60,712 nucleotides of DNA. It comes from an uncultured virus (IMG/VR IMGVR_UViG_3300037635_003078) (Duplodnaviria > Heunggongvirae > Uroviricota > Caudoviricetes). Positions 26,043 to 36,158 of this stretch are shown piece after piece. The stretch lies in IMG/VR virus record IMGVR_UViG_3300037635_003078; one strand, 5' to 3'. Numbering within the stretch: the stretch's first letter is position 1; each line of letters begins with the position of its first letter. The notes under the pieces are model-generated. The model was not told the DNA's origin, ran no database searches, and saw nothing but the letters and a program-made list of their open reading frames with translations. A program made the translations under genes and the position numbers.

Positions 26043-27874
26043 ATATAATAGGAATGCACACCGGCCATGATGCATCATTATCGTTAGTACGTAATGGCAA
26101 ATTAGTATCATCATTAAGCGTTGAAAGATACAGTAGGGTAAAGAAAGATGAAGTATTAAGTAGAGAGTTCTTTAACCACTTTCTACAAGTAAACGAAATG
26201 ACTATTGATGATATAGATTGTATCACAATGGCATTTTGGAACTATGATAATTGTAATTGGATAAAACTATACAGCCCAACCAATTCCGTTTATCCACTTA
26301 ATACATTTGGCGCACAACGACAAGACACGAGAATACTCAACCACTTGGATGAGTTTCCATACAAACCAGAATATGTTGATGGGCTTGGGATATCTCTGCC
26401 GGACTTTATAGACAACATCGACCCTCCATTTGGGCCTGAAGTGATACAACATAGTGAATCATTTCCATTGATAATTGATATAGAGGGGTACACCCGACCA
26501 ATTAATGGTTGCTTTGTAAGACATCATACTGCCCATGCTGCAGCTGCATTTTATACATCACCATTTCCAAGGGCAGCTGTATTTACGGCTGACGCTTCGA
26601 TGCATACTCCAAAAAATTGTAGTACCTCAATGGTTGGTAATGGTAGTATACTACAATCTTTTAAATCTCCTGAATTTATGTTGGGGAACTTCTATGATGT
26701 AGCTACTGAGTTTTGTGGGTTAGGGCCGGGAACATTAAAAGCAGGTACATTAATGGGATTATCTTCATTCGGTAATGTAAATGGTAAGACCATGGAGCAG
26801 TGGGAAAAATGGTGTCTCCCATTTAATCAAATTAGTACTGAATATCACCGATATAGTGATTGGTTATTTTCAGAAATCAGTGGTAGATACCCATTCATAA
26901 GTACAGCACGTAAAGAGTACGTAAATAAAGAACCAGGTTATCAGTTTATAAATAGAATATACCAAACAGTGTATTCAAAAGAAGAATCAGATTCTCAAGA
27001 AGTCATGGATATTGCTGCAAGTATTCAATATTTATTAGAACGTGCTCTTATTAAGTATATCAATGAATTGTATGAAGATACTAAAAATTTCAACGATGGT
27101 AATTTGTGTTTAGCCGGTGGTACATTTTTAAATTGTAACGCAAATTATAAGATATTAAAAGAAACAAAATTTAAGAATATACACTTTTTCCCAGCGTGTG
27201 GTGATGATGGAATACCAGCTGGTTCGGCATTGTTTTACTATCACTTTAATTTAGGTGGTAAACGTGTTAACTACACTACAAATGAACTTGCTTATTTAGG
27301 TGTTACATATGACCACCAACCTGAAACTGACACAAATGCAGTTCCATTAGATTTGGATGTAGTTGCTCAAAATATTGCTGATGGTAAAATTGTGTGTTGG
27401 TATCAAGGTCACTCTGAAGTAGGTCCACGTGCATTGGGTAATCGTTCTTTTATAAGTGACCCTCGTAATAAAGAGATGAAGGATATTCTAAACTCAAGAG
27501 TTAAATTCAGAGAATGGTTTAGACCATTTGCGCCAGTAGTGTTAACCGAAGATAAGGAGGAGTGGTTCAATATGGATTTTGAGTCACCATTTATGTTACA
27601 TACTGTACCATGTAGAAAGCCACAAGAAATACCATCAGCAGTTCATATAGACAATACATCACGTGTTCAGACTTTAACAAGAGACCATAACCCTATATTT
27701 TACGATTTGATTTCTAAATTTAAGGACATAACTGGTGTGCCAGTTGTACTAAATACTTCACTGAATGTAAAAGGTGAACCTATTGTGGAAACGCCCGAAG
27801 ATGCAATGAAATTATTTGATGAGTCTGATGTTGATATATTAGTAATCAACGATATGATGTATTTTAAAAATTAG
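26039..27874 (+). CDS. Carbamoyltransferase (NodU/CmcH family)
   Basis: GHDAS, ERYSRVK, HHTAHA, LAGGTFLNC, GDDG, EVGPRALGNRS, KFREWFRPFAP, LNTSLNV.GEP. Confidence 0.93.
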   Translation: MNIIGMHTGHDASLSLVRNGKLVSSLSVERYSRVKKDEVLSREFFNHFLQVNEMTIDDIDCITMAFWNYDNCNWIKLYSPTNSVYPLNTFGAQRQDTRILNHLDEFPYKPEYVDGLGISLPDFIDNIDPPFGPEVIQHSESFPLIIDIEGYTRPINGCFVRHHTAHAAAAFYTSPFPRAAVFTADASMHTPKNCSTSMVGNGSILQSFKSPEFMLGNFYDVATEFCGLGPGTLKAGTLMGLSSFGNVNGKTMEQWEKWCLPFNQISTEYHRYSDWLFSEISGRYPFISTARKEYVNKEPGYQFINRIYQTVYSKEESDSQEVMDIAASIQYLLERALIKYINELYEDTKNFNDGNLCLAGGTFLNCNANYKILKETKFKNIHFFPACGDDGIPAGSALFYYHFNLGGKRVNYTTNELAYLGVTYDHQPETDTNAVPLDLDVVAQNIADGKIVCWYQGHSEVGPRALGNRSFISDPRNKEMKDILNSRVKFREWFRPFAPVVLTEDKEEWFNMDFESPFMLHTVPCRKPQEIPSAVHIDNTSRVQTLTRDHNPIFYDLISKFKDITGVPVVLNTSLNVKGEPIVETPEDAMKLFDESDVDILVINDMMYFKN

Positions 27875-27904
27875 GATTTAATAAATATATTTTGTATATT
27901 TATA
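27871..27904 (+). promoter_or_regulatory. Promoter variant TTAG-N20-TATATTTA overlapping an ATATTTATA motif
   Basis: TTAG 27871-27874, TATATTTA 27895-27902; upstream of the glycosyltransferase operon. Confidence 0.5.
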
Positions 27905-27930
27905 ACTAAATAAAAAGGAAATAGTTACGA

Positions 27931-29340
27931 ATGGAATTACCAAAACTACGAAAAGTAGACCCAACTAAACCGAAGAAGAAAAAGATTCTACTTCTATCGG
28001 ATGACCTCAGATTACATAGTGGTATTGCCACACAATCAAAGGAGATTGTTTTTTCAACAATTCATAAGTATGATTGGGTTCAACTTGGAGCCGCACTAAA
28101 ACATCCTGAAGAGGGTAAGATGTTTGATGTTTCAGCTGATACACAAAAGGAAACTGGTGTAGAAGATGCATCACTCAAAATATACGCAAGTAGCGGATAT
28201 GGGAATCCTGAAATACTAAGGCAACTTATTAACATTGAGAAGCCTGATGCAATCTTACACTTCACTGACCCACGTTTTTGGAAGTGGTTGTACGATATGG
28301 AGCATGAAGTAAGAGAGTTCGTTCCTATTATGTATTACAATATTTGGGACTCATTACCAGACCCAATGTGGAATGCACCATTTTATGCATCGTGTGATAT
28401 GCTGATGTCAATCTCAAAACAAACATATGGTATCAACAAGAGAACTCTTGAGAAATATGGTATGGCGAAGGAAGATTGGGCATACAAATATATCCCACAT
28501 GGAGTATCCAAACACTTCAAACCATTACCATCGGATGACGCAAAGTTAGTGGAGTTCAAAAACAGATTTGGATTAAACGAATACGACTTTGTAGTTCTAT
28601 GGAACAATAGAAATATTCGTAGAAAAGTACCAGGTGATGTAGTTCTTGCATTCAATGAGTTTGCAAAACAACATGAGGATAAGAAGGTATGTTTATTCTT
28701 CCATACTCAACGAAGTGATGACAATGGAACTGACTTGAATGAGGTAATCAAACACAATGGTCACTATGGTGATTACAAGTTTACTGATGCTAAATTCACT
28801 ACCGAAGATTTAAACCTATATTACAATTCAGGTGATATCATTCTAAACATCGCTTCTAATGAAGGTTTCGGACTCGCCTCTTGTGAAGCATTGAGAGCTG
28901 GTACACCAATTATAGTCAACGTAACAGGTGGTCTTCAAGACCAATGTGGTTTTGATTTGGAAGGTGAAACTCTAACTGCTGAAGATTATGTTGAGATTGG
29001 GTCACTACATGATAGAAGAAAATGGTCTAAGTATGAATTATTAGGACGTGGTAGTTGGGTTTATCCTGTATGGCCATCTAATAGGTCACTACAAGGTTCA
29101 CCACAAACACCATATATATTCGATGATAGATGTGACTTTATGGATGTAGCTGAGAAGTTAGGAAACGCTCTTGAAGATGGTAGAGACCACTTAGAATACG
29201 TGGGACATATTGGACATGAGTGGGTTCAAGGTGAGAGTGGGATGGCATCCGAAAATATGGGTGGTAAGTTTATTGACGCAATTGATGGTTGTCTTGAAAA
29301 TTGGACACCTCGTAAAAGATTTGAGATTTATTCAGTATGA
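27931..29340 (+). CDS. GT-B (GT4-like) glycosyltransferase
   Basis: YIPHG, NRNIRRK, SNEGFGLASCEA...GTPII. Confidence 0.88.
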   Translation: MELPKLRKVDPTKPKKKKILLLSDDLRLHSGIATQSKEIVFSTIHKYDWVQLGAALKHPEEGKMFDVSADTQKETGVEDASLKIYASSGYGNPEILRQLINIEKPDAILHFTDPRFWKWLYDMEHEVREFVPIMYYNIWDSLPDPMWNAPFYASCDMLMSISKQTYGINKRTLEKYGMAKEDWAYKYIPHGVSKHFKPLPSDDAKLVEFKNRFGLNEYDFVVLWNNRNIRRKVPGDVVLAFNEFAKQHEDKKVCLFFHTQRSDDNGTDLNEVIKHNGHYGDYKFTDAKFTTEDLNLYYNSGDIILNIASNEGFGLASCEALRAGTPIIVNVTGGLQDQCGFDLEGETLTAEDYVEIGSLHDRRKWSKYELLGRGSWVYPVWPSNRSLQGSPQTPYIFDDRCDFMDVAEKLGNALEDGRDHLEYVGHIGHEWVQGESGMASENMGGKFIDAIDGCLENWTPRKRFEIYSV

Positions 29341-30656
29341 AAAAGTTATGTGTAGTTAGTTGCCCTATTGCAACGAGAAGTGGGTATGGTGCTCGTTCGA
29401 GGGATTTAGTCCGTTCGTTAATTCAAACCAAAGGTGAAGAGTGGGATATAAAAATCTTACCACAACGATGGGGTAATACACCTCAAAATGCACTCACAAC
29501 GGAAGATGTAGACTTAACATCAAGGCTCATTAGTGGTAATATAAATCAGAAGCCAGACGTGTGGATGCAGATTACAATTCCAAGTGAGTTCCAACCCGTT
29601 GGTCACTTTAACATTGGGGTATCGGCTGTTATTGAAACTACCGATGCATCTGCTGAATTTATTGATGGGTGTAATCGTATGGACCTTACATTGGTTTCAT
29701 CAGAACACTCTAAGAAAACACTCGAAGTGGTTTATGATAAAATAAATGAAAAAACCAAAGAAAAGGTAGGTCAAACATCTCTAACAAAGCCGGTTGAAGT
29801 TTTATTCGAAGGATTTGACCCTAAGATTTACGATAATAAATCTGAAGTTCATCAATCTGTTAATGATGTACTAAGTAATGTGAAAGAATCTTTTACATAT
29901 CTATTTGTTGGTCATTGGTTACAAGGTAACATAGGTCATGATAGAAAAAACGTAAGTGGTTTGATTCACACATTCCTAAATACGTTTAAAAACAAAAAGA
30001 ATCCACCTGCACTTATTCTAAAGACATCTATCACGGCACCTGGCATCACAAATGTACATGAGTTGAGAAAGAGAATCGAAATGATTAAAGGTATGATTGA
30101 TTCAAAGATACTACCAAACATCTATATTCTCGATGGTGACCTTTCAGATGAGGAGATGAATTCACTGTATAATCACCCAAAGGTAAAAGCACACGTATCA
30201 TTTACACGTGGTGAGGGTTTTGGTAGACCTTTATTGGAAGCTTGTGTTAGTGGTAAACCAATCATTACATCAAATTGGAGTGGTCATGTAGACTTCCTTC
30301 ACTCAGATTACAACTTCTTAGTAGGTGGTGAACTTCAGAATGTAGACAAATCGGCTGCAAACAATTGGATTAGGAAAGAGTCCAAGTGGTTTACAATTAA
30401 TTATAATGACGCAGCTCATACTTTAAAAACAATCTACGATAATTATAAGAAAGCAGTTGAGAAGTCTCGTAAGAATCGTAAGTATGTAAAAGACAACTTT
30501 ACACTTGATAATATGTCAAGTAAATTGTCCGAAATACTTGACATTTACAAAGTAGGTGATGGTCCACAACAAGTTGGATTAACGTTACCAACTTTGAAAA
30601 AGAAAGACACGCCAACTGAATTAAAATTACCAAAACTAAAGAAAGTAGGTGAGTAA
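29337..30656 (+). CDS. GT-B (GT4-like) glycosyltransferase
   Basis: SGYG, DRKN, RGEGFGRPLLEA...GKPII...WSGH. Confidence 0.88.
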   Translation: MKKLCVVSCPIATRSGYGARSRDLVRSLIQTKGEEWDIKILPQRWGNTPQNALTTEDVDLTSRLISGNINQKPDVWMQITIPSEFQPVGHFNIGVSAVIETTDASAEFIDGCNRMDLTLVSSEHSKKTLEVVYDKINEKTKEKVGQTSLTKPVEVLFEGFDPKIYDNKSEVHQSVNDVLSNVKESFTYLFVGHWLQGNIGHDRKNVSGLIHTFLNTFKNKKNPPALILKTSITAPGITNVHELRKRIEMIKGMIDSKILPNIYILDGDLSDEEMNSLYNHPKVKAHVSFTRGEGFGRPLLEACVSGKPIITSNWSGHVDFLHSDYNFLVGGELQNVDKSAANNWIRKESKWFTINYNDAAHTLKTIYDNYKKAVEKSRKNRKYVKDNFTLDNMSSKLSEILDIYKVGDGPQQVGLTLPTLKKKDTPTELKLPKLKKVGE

Positions 30657-31153
30657 TGCCCGATTACACGACAATGCATAGAAATCGAATTGCTGACGCT
30701 ACTCGTATACCTAAGTCAAAATTAGAGAAAGGTATGGTAGCTAAAATCAGATACAAGAAAGTATCTGGTGAGGCCCGAGATTATTATGTATTCGTGTTAC
30801 AGCCAAAGTTTAAAACATACTTTCATTGTTTAGACTTAAAACACATCGCACCACCACAAATGCTAAAAATGGCATCTTCATTAAATGAAGTAATCAGTTC
30901 AACCTCGAAAGTAAAAAAGTTAGATTTGACTAAATTAAATCTTGATGTAAACTCTAAACAATTTTACCTTAATGAGATTAGAAATAAGAAGTTAAAAGGT
31001 GGTTATCGTACATTAGTTGAAAAGAATATATCAACTGTTATGGTATATAACTATGATTATGGTATCTTCGATAAGATAGATACTAAAGCAAAACGTAGAC
31101 AAGAAGATAGTCTTGAAAAGGATGACACTCCGGACTTCTTAAAAGGAATATAA
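30656..31153 (+). CDS. Basic hypothetical protein, possibly DNA end-protector (T4 gp2)-like
   Basis: GMV..IRY, FHCLDLKHI.P and GYRT loosely resemble gp2 motifs. Confidence 0.3.
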   Translation: MPDYTTMHRNRIADATRIPKSKLEKGMVAKIRYKKVSGEARDYYVFVLQPKFKTYFHCLDLKHIAPPQMLKMASSLNEVISSTSKVKKLDLTKLNLDVNSKQFYLNEIRNKKLKGGYRTLVEKNISTVMVYNYDYGIFDKIDTKAKRRQEDSLEKDDTPDFLKGI

Positions 31154-31156
31154 TAT

Positions 31157-31783
31157 ATGAAAATCAGTTACGCAGTCACAGTATGTAATGAGTTCTTAGA
31201 GATTCAAACCTTACTACAAAAGTTAATCACACTAAAACAACCACAAGATGAGATAGTTGTATTATGGGATTCTAAGAATGGTGACCCAATGGTAGAAACA
31301 TATCTCCGTAAAATGAACGCGGAGAAGACTCAATTCCTATGGTATCCTTATGAGTTCGATGGACACTTTGCAGATTTAAAGAATGAACTTACCAAACATT
31401 GTAGTGGGGATTACATCTTTCAGATTGACGCAGATGAGTACCCACATGAAACTCTTATGGATAACATCCACTCAATCTTGGAAGTAAATGATGTTGATGT
31501 GATTCTCGTACCACGAGTAAATACAGTCGAAGGGTTAACTCAGAACCATATTCAAAAGTGGGGATGGAATGTCAACGAGGGGGGTTGGGTAAACTTTCCA
31601 GACCCTCAATGGAGAATATACAAAAACTCAGATACGATACGTTGGGAAAATAAGGTACACGAGAAACTCGTTGGATATGATACTATCTCTAATCTACCAT
31701 GGGCAGAGGAACTATCCTTATACCACCCAAAACAAATTGAACGACAAGAAAAGCAAAACGAATATTACGACACCCTCGTGTAA
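31157..31783 (+). CDS. GT2 glycosyltransferase
   Basis: ISYAVTVCNE, FQIDADE, W.NKVHE. Confidence 0.85.
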   Translation: MKISYAVTVCNEFLEIQTLLQKLITLKQPQDEIVVLWDSKNGDPMVETYLRKMNAEKTQFLWYPYEFDGHFADLKNELTKHCSGDYIFQIDADEYPHETLMDNIHSILEVNDVDVILVPRVNTVEGLTQNHIQKWGWNVNEGGWVNFPDPQWRIYKNSDTIRWENKVHEKLVGYDTISNLPWAEELSLYHPKQIERQEKQNEYYDTLV

Positions 31784-31833
31784 TTCCATTTTGGAAACGA
31801 ACGTGTGTCAAAAGAAAATTTAACAATTTTATT

Positions 31834-32658
31834 ATGAAAAAAACTATTGGTATTATAGGTAATGGCTTCGTTGGAGAGTCACAAGCATTCGCGTTTTCCC
31901 CAACTACGAATGTTCGTATATTCGACATAGACCCCTTAAAAGCTACTCATACTCTTGAAGAAACATTAGAACAAGAATTTGTGTTTGTATGCTTACCCAC
32001 ACCAATGACTATGGATGGGATTCAAGATATTTCGTATATTGAGAACTTTTTCGAATCAATCACACCTAATGATGATACGATATTCATTATTAAGTCTACG
32101 GTCTTGCCAGGTACTACACAAGGTTTGATTGATAAGTATGGGTACAATATAATTTTCTCTCCGGAGTTTTTGACCGAACGTACTGCGAAGTTGGATATGT
32201 TGACTCAATCACGAATCATCTTTGGTGGTAGTGAAGACTTGACTAAACGGGTAGAAGAATTGTTTACGGATAGATTTATGAATCGACACATCATCCATAC
32301 TAATTCAACTACGGCAGAATACATCAAGTATATGAATAATACATTTTTTGCAACAAAAGTTGCAGTGATGAACGAGTTCTATCGATTGAGTCAATGTATT
32401 GATGTTGATTGGAAAACGGCACTATATGGATTTGCTGCAGATGGTAGAGTCGGAGATAGTCATTTACACGTACCTGGTCCTGATGGTAAGTTGGGGTATG
32501 GTGGTACTTGTTTCCCCAAAGATGTAAACGCTATTATTAATTTTGCTAAAGAGCATGGAGTTTCTATGAACGCCATTGAAGGTGGTTGGGAAACTAATGT
32601 AGAGGTTAGGCCTGAACGTGATTGGGAACAATTGGAAGGTAGAGCAGTTTCTAAATGA
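31834..32658 (+). CDS. UDP-glucose/GDP-mannose 6-dehydrogenase family (short form)
   Basis: GNGFVG, CLPTP, IKSTVLPG, SPEFL, K...N...ATKV, GYGGTCFPKD. Confidence 0.9.
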   Translation: MKKTIGIIGNGFVGESQAFAFSPTTNVRIFDIDPLKATHTLEETLEQEFVFVCLPTPMTMDGIQDISYIENFFESITPNDDTIFIIKSTVLPGTTQGLIDKYGYNIIFSPEFLTERTAKLDMLTQSRIIFGGSEDLTKRVEELFTDRFMNRHIIHTNSTTAEYIKYMNNTFFATKVAVMNEFYRLSQCIDVDWKTALYGFAADGRVGDSHLHVPGPDGKLGYGGTCFPKDVNAIINFAKEHGVSMNAIEGGWETNVEVRPERDWEQLEGRAVSK

Positions 32659-33494
32659 TTTTCTGGAGAACATACGATAATAAAGTAATTCCTATACAAG
32701 AGGTTGAAGCGTTAGGATTTCCTTTAAGTGACCCTTCCTATATTACTGATGAATACTTGGAAGGTAAAAACTTTGTAATCCTAAGAACTTGTTTTGGTGT
32801 TGGGGATTGGGGAATTATCTCCGCATTCCCACGAAAATTAAAGGAGAAGTATTCCGATTGTAAGGTTTGGATACCATCACCAAAATTGTTGAGAGAGATG
32901 TTTGGTCACTTAGAACAAAATTGGTCAGCGTGGTCAGACCCGCTTCAAGTAGTTCATACTATTTTTGATAACAACCCCTATATAGATGGGTTTGTAGATT
33001 CATTTGAAGGGGAGGTGTTCAATGACCACTACCGAATCTATGGTGATGAAGATGTACCACTTATGGAAGAGTTGTTGAGGTTCTGGCAGTTCGAGGAGTT
33101 CGATGATATTGAACCCGAACTATACTTTTCAAAAGAAGAAATTGAGTTAGGTGACCAAATCATAAAAGAACATTGTGATGGAGACTTCGGAACTCTTCTA
33201 ATATCAAATAGATTTGATGGTGTTGGGGTTGAAAAAATCCAACAAAAAATTAATGAGTATGACCTACCTATGTTCTATTGGACTAAATCTACGGATGTAG
33301 GGTTAAATTTCAAAGAAGCATTAGATATGAGACACATCAATACTCGTATTCAGTTATACATCAAAACAAAGGCAAAGTTTAATGTGGGTAACCAAACTGG
33401 AGTGAATGATACCATCGCAAATTATTCACCAACCTATACAGTTGCCAGGCCTAATCTTGGGTCAAATTTAGTTAGAAGTGAGATTTACTTATGA
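32655..33494 (+). CDS. Hypothetical protein, GT9-like glycosyltransferase
   Basis: GVGDW, NNPYID, PELYFS..E motifs; lies in the glycan cluster. Confidence 0.5.
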   Translation: MIFWRTYDNKVIPIQEVEALGFPLSDPSYITDEYLEGKNFVILRTCFGVGDWGIISAFPRKLKEKYSDCKVWIPSPKLLREMFGHLEQNWSAWSDPLQVVHTIFDNNPYIDGFVDSFEGEVFNDHYRIYGDEDVPLMEELLRFWQFEEFDDIEPELYFSKEEIELGDQIIKEHCDGDFGTLLISNRFDGVGVEKIQQKINEYDLPMFYWTKSTDVGLNFKEALDMRHINTRIQLYIKTKAKFNVGNQTGVNDTIANYSPTYTVARPNLGSNLVRSEIYL

Positions 33495-34165
33495 GAGTAG
33501 TAGTATATACAGCGATTATTGGTGGGTATGACACACTCAATGAACCACTCGTAAAACCAGATGGTGTGGACTTTGTTTGTTTTACCGATAGGGAGATGGA
33601 GTCTGACACTTGGGAGATTCGTAAGATTACGTCATTATATGAGGACTCTACAAGAACTGCACGAAAGTATAAGGTTTTACCACATCGTTGGTTTACTGAA
33701 TATGATGTCAGTATATGGGTTGATGGTAATAAACTTATAGAGGGTAATGTTTTAGATTATATCACACAGTTAGGGGGGAGTAACCTTTCGTTGTTTGACC
33801 ATATGGAATGTTTTGACAAAAGAAATTGTGTATATCAAGAGGCAAATGCTATTTTTAGGTTAGGACAAGAGTCGGGTAAAACTTACAAAGATAACCCATT
33901 AACTATAAAATCCCAAATGGAACGATATCTTTCTGAAGGATATCCACAAAATAATGGATTGGCATTTACTTGCGTTGTGGTTCGGAAACACAATGACTCA
34001 GATACTATCAATCTGATGGAAAATTGGTGGACTGAAATCAAATATGGTTCTAAGAGAGACCAATTAAGTTTTGATTACGTTGCTTGGAAAAATAACTATG
34101 ATTTTAAGTATCTAAGTGGTGATGGTAGAAACGATGGTATAATAACACATAAATCACATTTATGA
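33491..34165 (+). CDS. DUF616-type glycosyltransferase
   Basis: VYTAIIGGYD, CFTD, KVLPH, SIWVD, RDQLSF. Confidence 0.8.
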   Translation: MRVVVYTAIIGGYDTLNEPLVKPDGVDFVCFTDREMESDTWEIRKITSLYEDSTRTARKYKVLPHRWFTEYDVSIWVDGNKLIEGNVLDYITQLGGSNLSLFDHMECFDKRNCVYQEANAIFRLGQESGKTYKDNPLTIKSQMERYLSEGYPQNNGLAFTCVVVRKHNDSDTINLMENWWTEIKYGSKRDQLSFDYVAWKNNYDFKYLSGDGRNDGIITHKSHL

Positions 34166-35154
34166 AACGTATATTGTTTATAACATCTCAGTATAGAACT
34201 GGGGAGCGGTTATATCCCATCTTACCCATACTTGCGTCTGAATATAAGGTAGACCTACTAAAGGTATATCAGATGACCAATAAATACAAGTGGGTTGGTG
34301 ATAAAGATATGCGATTAAAGTTTAATGGAGACTACTTACATTTATTTGATTCGGTATTTGAAAACACGTGTGATGTCACTAAGTATGACCTCATCATATC
34401 TGATGATAATAGACATACATCAAAAACAAAACTATCCAATTTATACAATCAGAAGAATTGTCCGATGGTATCCTTCGAGCACGGAAATAATGATAAAGGG
34501 TATTTCAGATTGGGCTACAAAGTAGTCTTTGATAAATGTTTTGTGTTTGGTGACAAGGATGTGAAACACAAAGACCAGATTGCAGGTGGTATTCCATCTA
34601 ATGATAGGCTATCCGAGTATATAAACTTGGAAAAGAAACACATTTTGGTAATTGTGAATTTTTTAGGCAATAGAAGGTCACCATTCAAAGTTAACTTTGA
34701 TAATACGGTATTTAATAAAATTAACTTAGTAAATCTACAACAACGAACTGGTTTACCAGTTGTTATAAAACTAAAAAGTAGAGCAGATGAGGGTGGGTTT
34801 AAGAACAACCTAACATACCTTCAAAGTATATTACCAAGCGAATTAGACTACAAGATTATTATCGATGCTGAAGATGATAACAAATTAATTGCTGAGAGTA
34901 AATACGTTATATCAGCACCATCAACTCTTGCATTCAAACCAATTCAGTTGGGTATACCAACCATTTTAATCAAAGACTCTGGTCAGATTGGTAGTTTCTA
35001 TGATTATGATGGGTTGTATGACATTGATGAAATTAATATAGACTATTTACTAAAGGACACCAATAATCATCAATGGATAACCAACTCAGTAATGGGTGGT
35101 ATCAATTTCAACTCTTCAGAAATAGTGGTGTCTAAATTAAAAGAAATGTTATGA
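34162..35154 (+). CDS. Hypothetical GT-B protein (possible sialyl/polyol-phosphate transferase-like)
   Basis: EHG, GG.PSND, ST..F.....GIPT motifs. Confidence 0.45.
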   Translation: MKRILFITSQYRTGERLYPILPILASEYKVDLLKVYQMTNKYKWVGDKDMRLKFNGDYLHLFDSVFENTCDVTKYDLIISDDNRHTSKTKLSNLYNQKNCPMVSFEHGNNDKGYFRLGYKVVFDKCFVFGDKDVKHKDQIAGGIPSNDRLSEYINLEKKHILVIVNFLGNRRSPFKVNFDNTVFNKINLVNLQQRTGLPVVIKLKSRADEGGFKNNLTYLQSILPSELDYKIIIDAEDDNKLIAESKYVISAPSTLAFKPIQLGIPTILIKDSGQIGSFYDYDGLYDIDEINIDYLLKDTNNHQWITNSVMGGINFNSSEIVVSKLKEML

Positions 35155-36158
35155 AAGTAGTTCATATTTTAGCAGCACGCCCTAATTTTATAAAAGCGTC
35201 ACCAATCATCCGCGAATTTAAAAATAATGGACATGAAAATGTAATCATACATACTAATCAACACTATGATTACAAAATGTCTGAAATATTTTTTGAACAA
35301 TTAGATATTCCAACGCCGGATGTTCATTTAGGTATTGGGTCATCAACTCATGCAAAACAAACCGCAGACGCAATGATTTCCATAGAAAGGGAGTTGGTAG
35401 ATTTGGATGTGGACTATGTTGTAGTGTATGGTGATGTTAATTCATCAATGGCAGGAGCACTTGCTGCATCTAAATTAAATATACCAATAGTCCATATTGA
35501 ATCTGGATGTAGAAGTTATGATAATACGATGCCGGAAGAAGTAAATCGTAAAATTATAGATACGATTAGTGATATACTGATATGTACTGAAAAATCCGCG
35601 TTTGAAAATCTGATTAAGAGTGGATTTGATGAAAAATCAATCTATGTGGCAGGTAACACTGCAATTGATAGTATGTATGAATTGGCATTCGATGATATGA
35701 GTGGTATAGATTACGATTACTATTTGGCAACTTTTCATAGACCATTTAATGTAGATGACCCAATTATATTGGATTCAATACTCTCTAAATTAGAGGATTT
35801 TTCATTGCCTGTGATTATACCGGCGCATCCAAGATTAAGAAAGAATCTTAGTAGAGACTATAAAAATATTATATTCAAAGAACCAGTTGGATATTCCGAA
35901 TTTATTTCGTATATTAAACGAAGTAGTGGTGTAATATCCGATTCAGGAGGTGTTCAATGTGAGTGTGGTGTTTTGTCAAAGCCACTTCTTACCCTTAGAC
36001 CATCTACTGAACATCTTATTACATTAGATTATGGTAATAAATTAATTGGGTTGGACGAATTGGATGAATCTTCGTTTCCAATAGACTTCTCAACACAAAC
36101 ACCAACTGAGTGGGATGGTAATGCATCCAAGAGGGCGGTAGAATTTATTTTAAAATGA
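35151..36158 (+). CDS. wecB: UDP-N-acetylglucosamine 2-epimerase (non-hydrolysing)
   Basis: ARPNFIK, HTNQHYD, GDVNS, HIESGCRS...MPEEVNR, SDSGGVQ.E. Confidence 0.9.
   Translation: MKVVHILAARPNFIKASPIIREFKNNGHENVIIHTNQHYDYKMSEIFFEQLDIPTPDVHLGIGSSTHAKQTADAMISIERELVDLDVDYVVVYGDVNSSMAGALAASKLNIPIVHIESGCRSYDNTMPEEVNRKIIDTISDILICTEKSAFENLIKSGFDEKSIYVAGNTAIDSMYELAFDDMSGIDYDYYLATFHRPFNVDDPIILDSILSKLEDFSLPVIIPAHPRLRKNLSRDYKNIIFKEPVGYSEFISYIKRSSGVISDSGGVQCECGVLSKPLLTLRPSTEHLITLDYGNKLIGLDELDESSFPIDFSTQTPTEWDGNASKRAVEFILK

Noticed and set aside
31784..31833. Promoter or terminator in the gap before the UDP-sugar dehydrogenase
   Set aside because: TTTGG is present but no TATATT octamer follows at 20 nt; the TTCCA/TGGAA inverted repeat is too weak.
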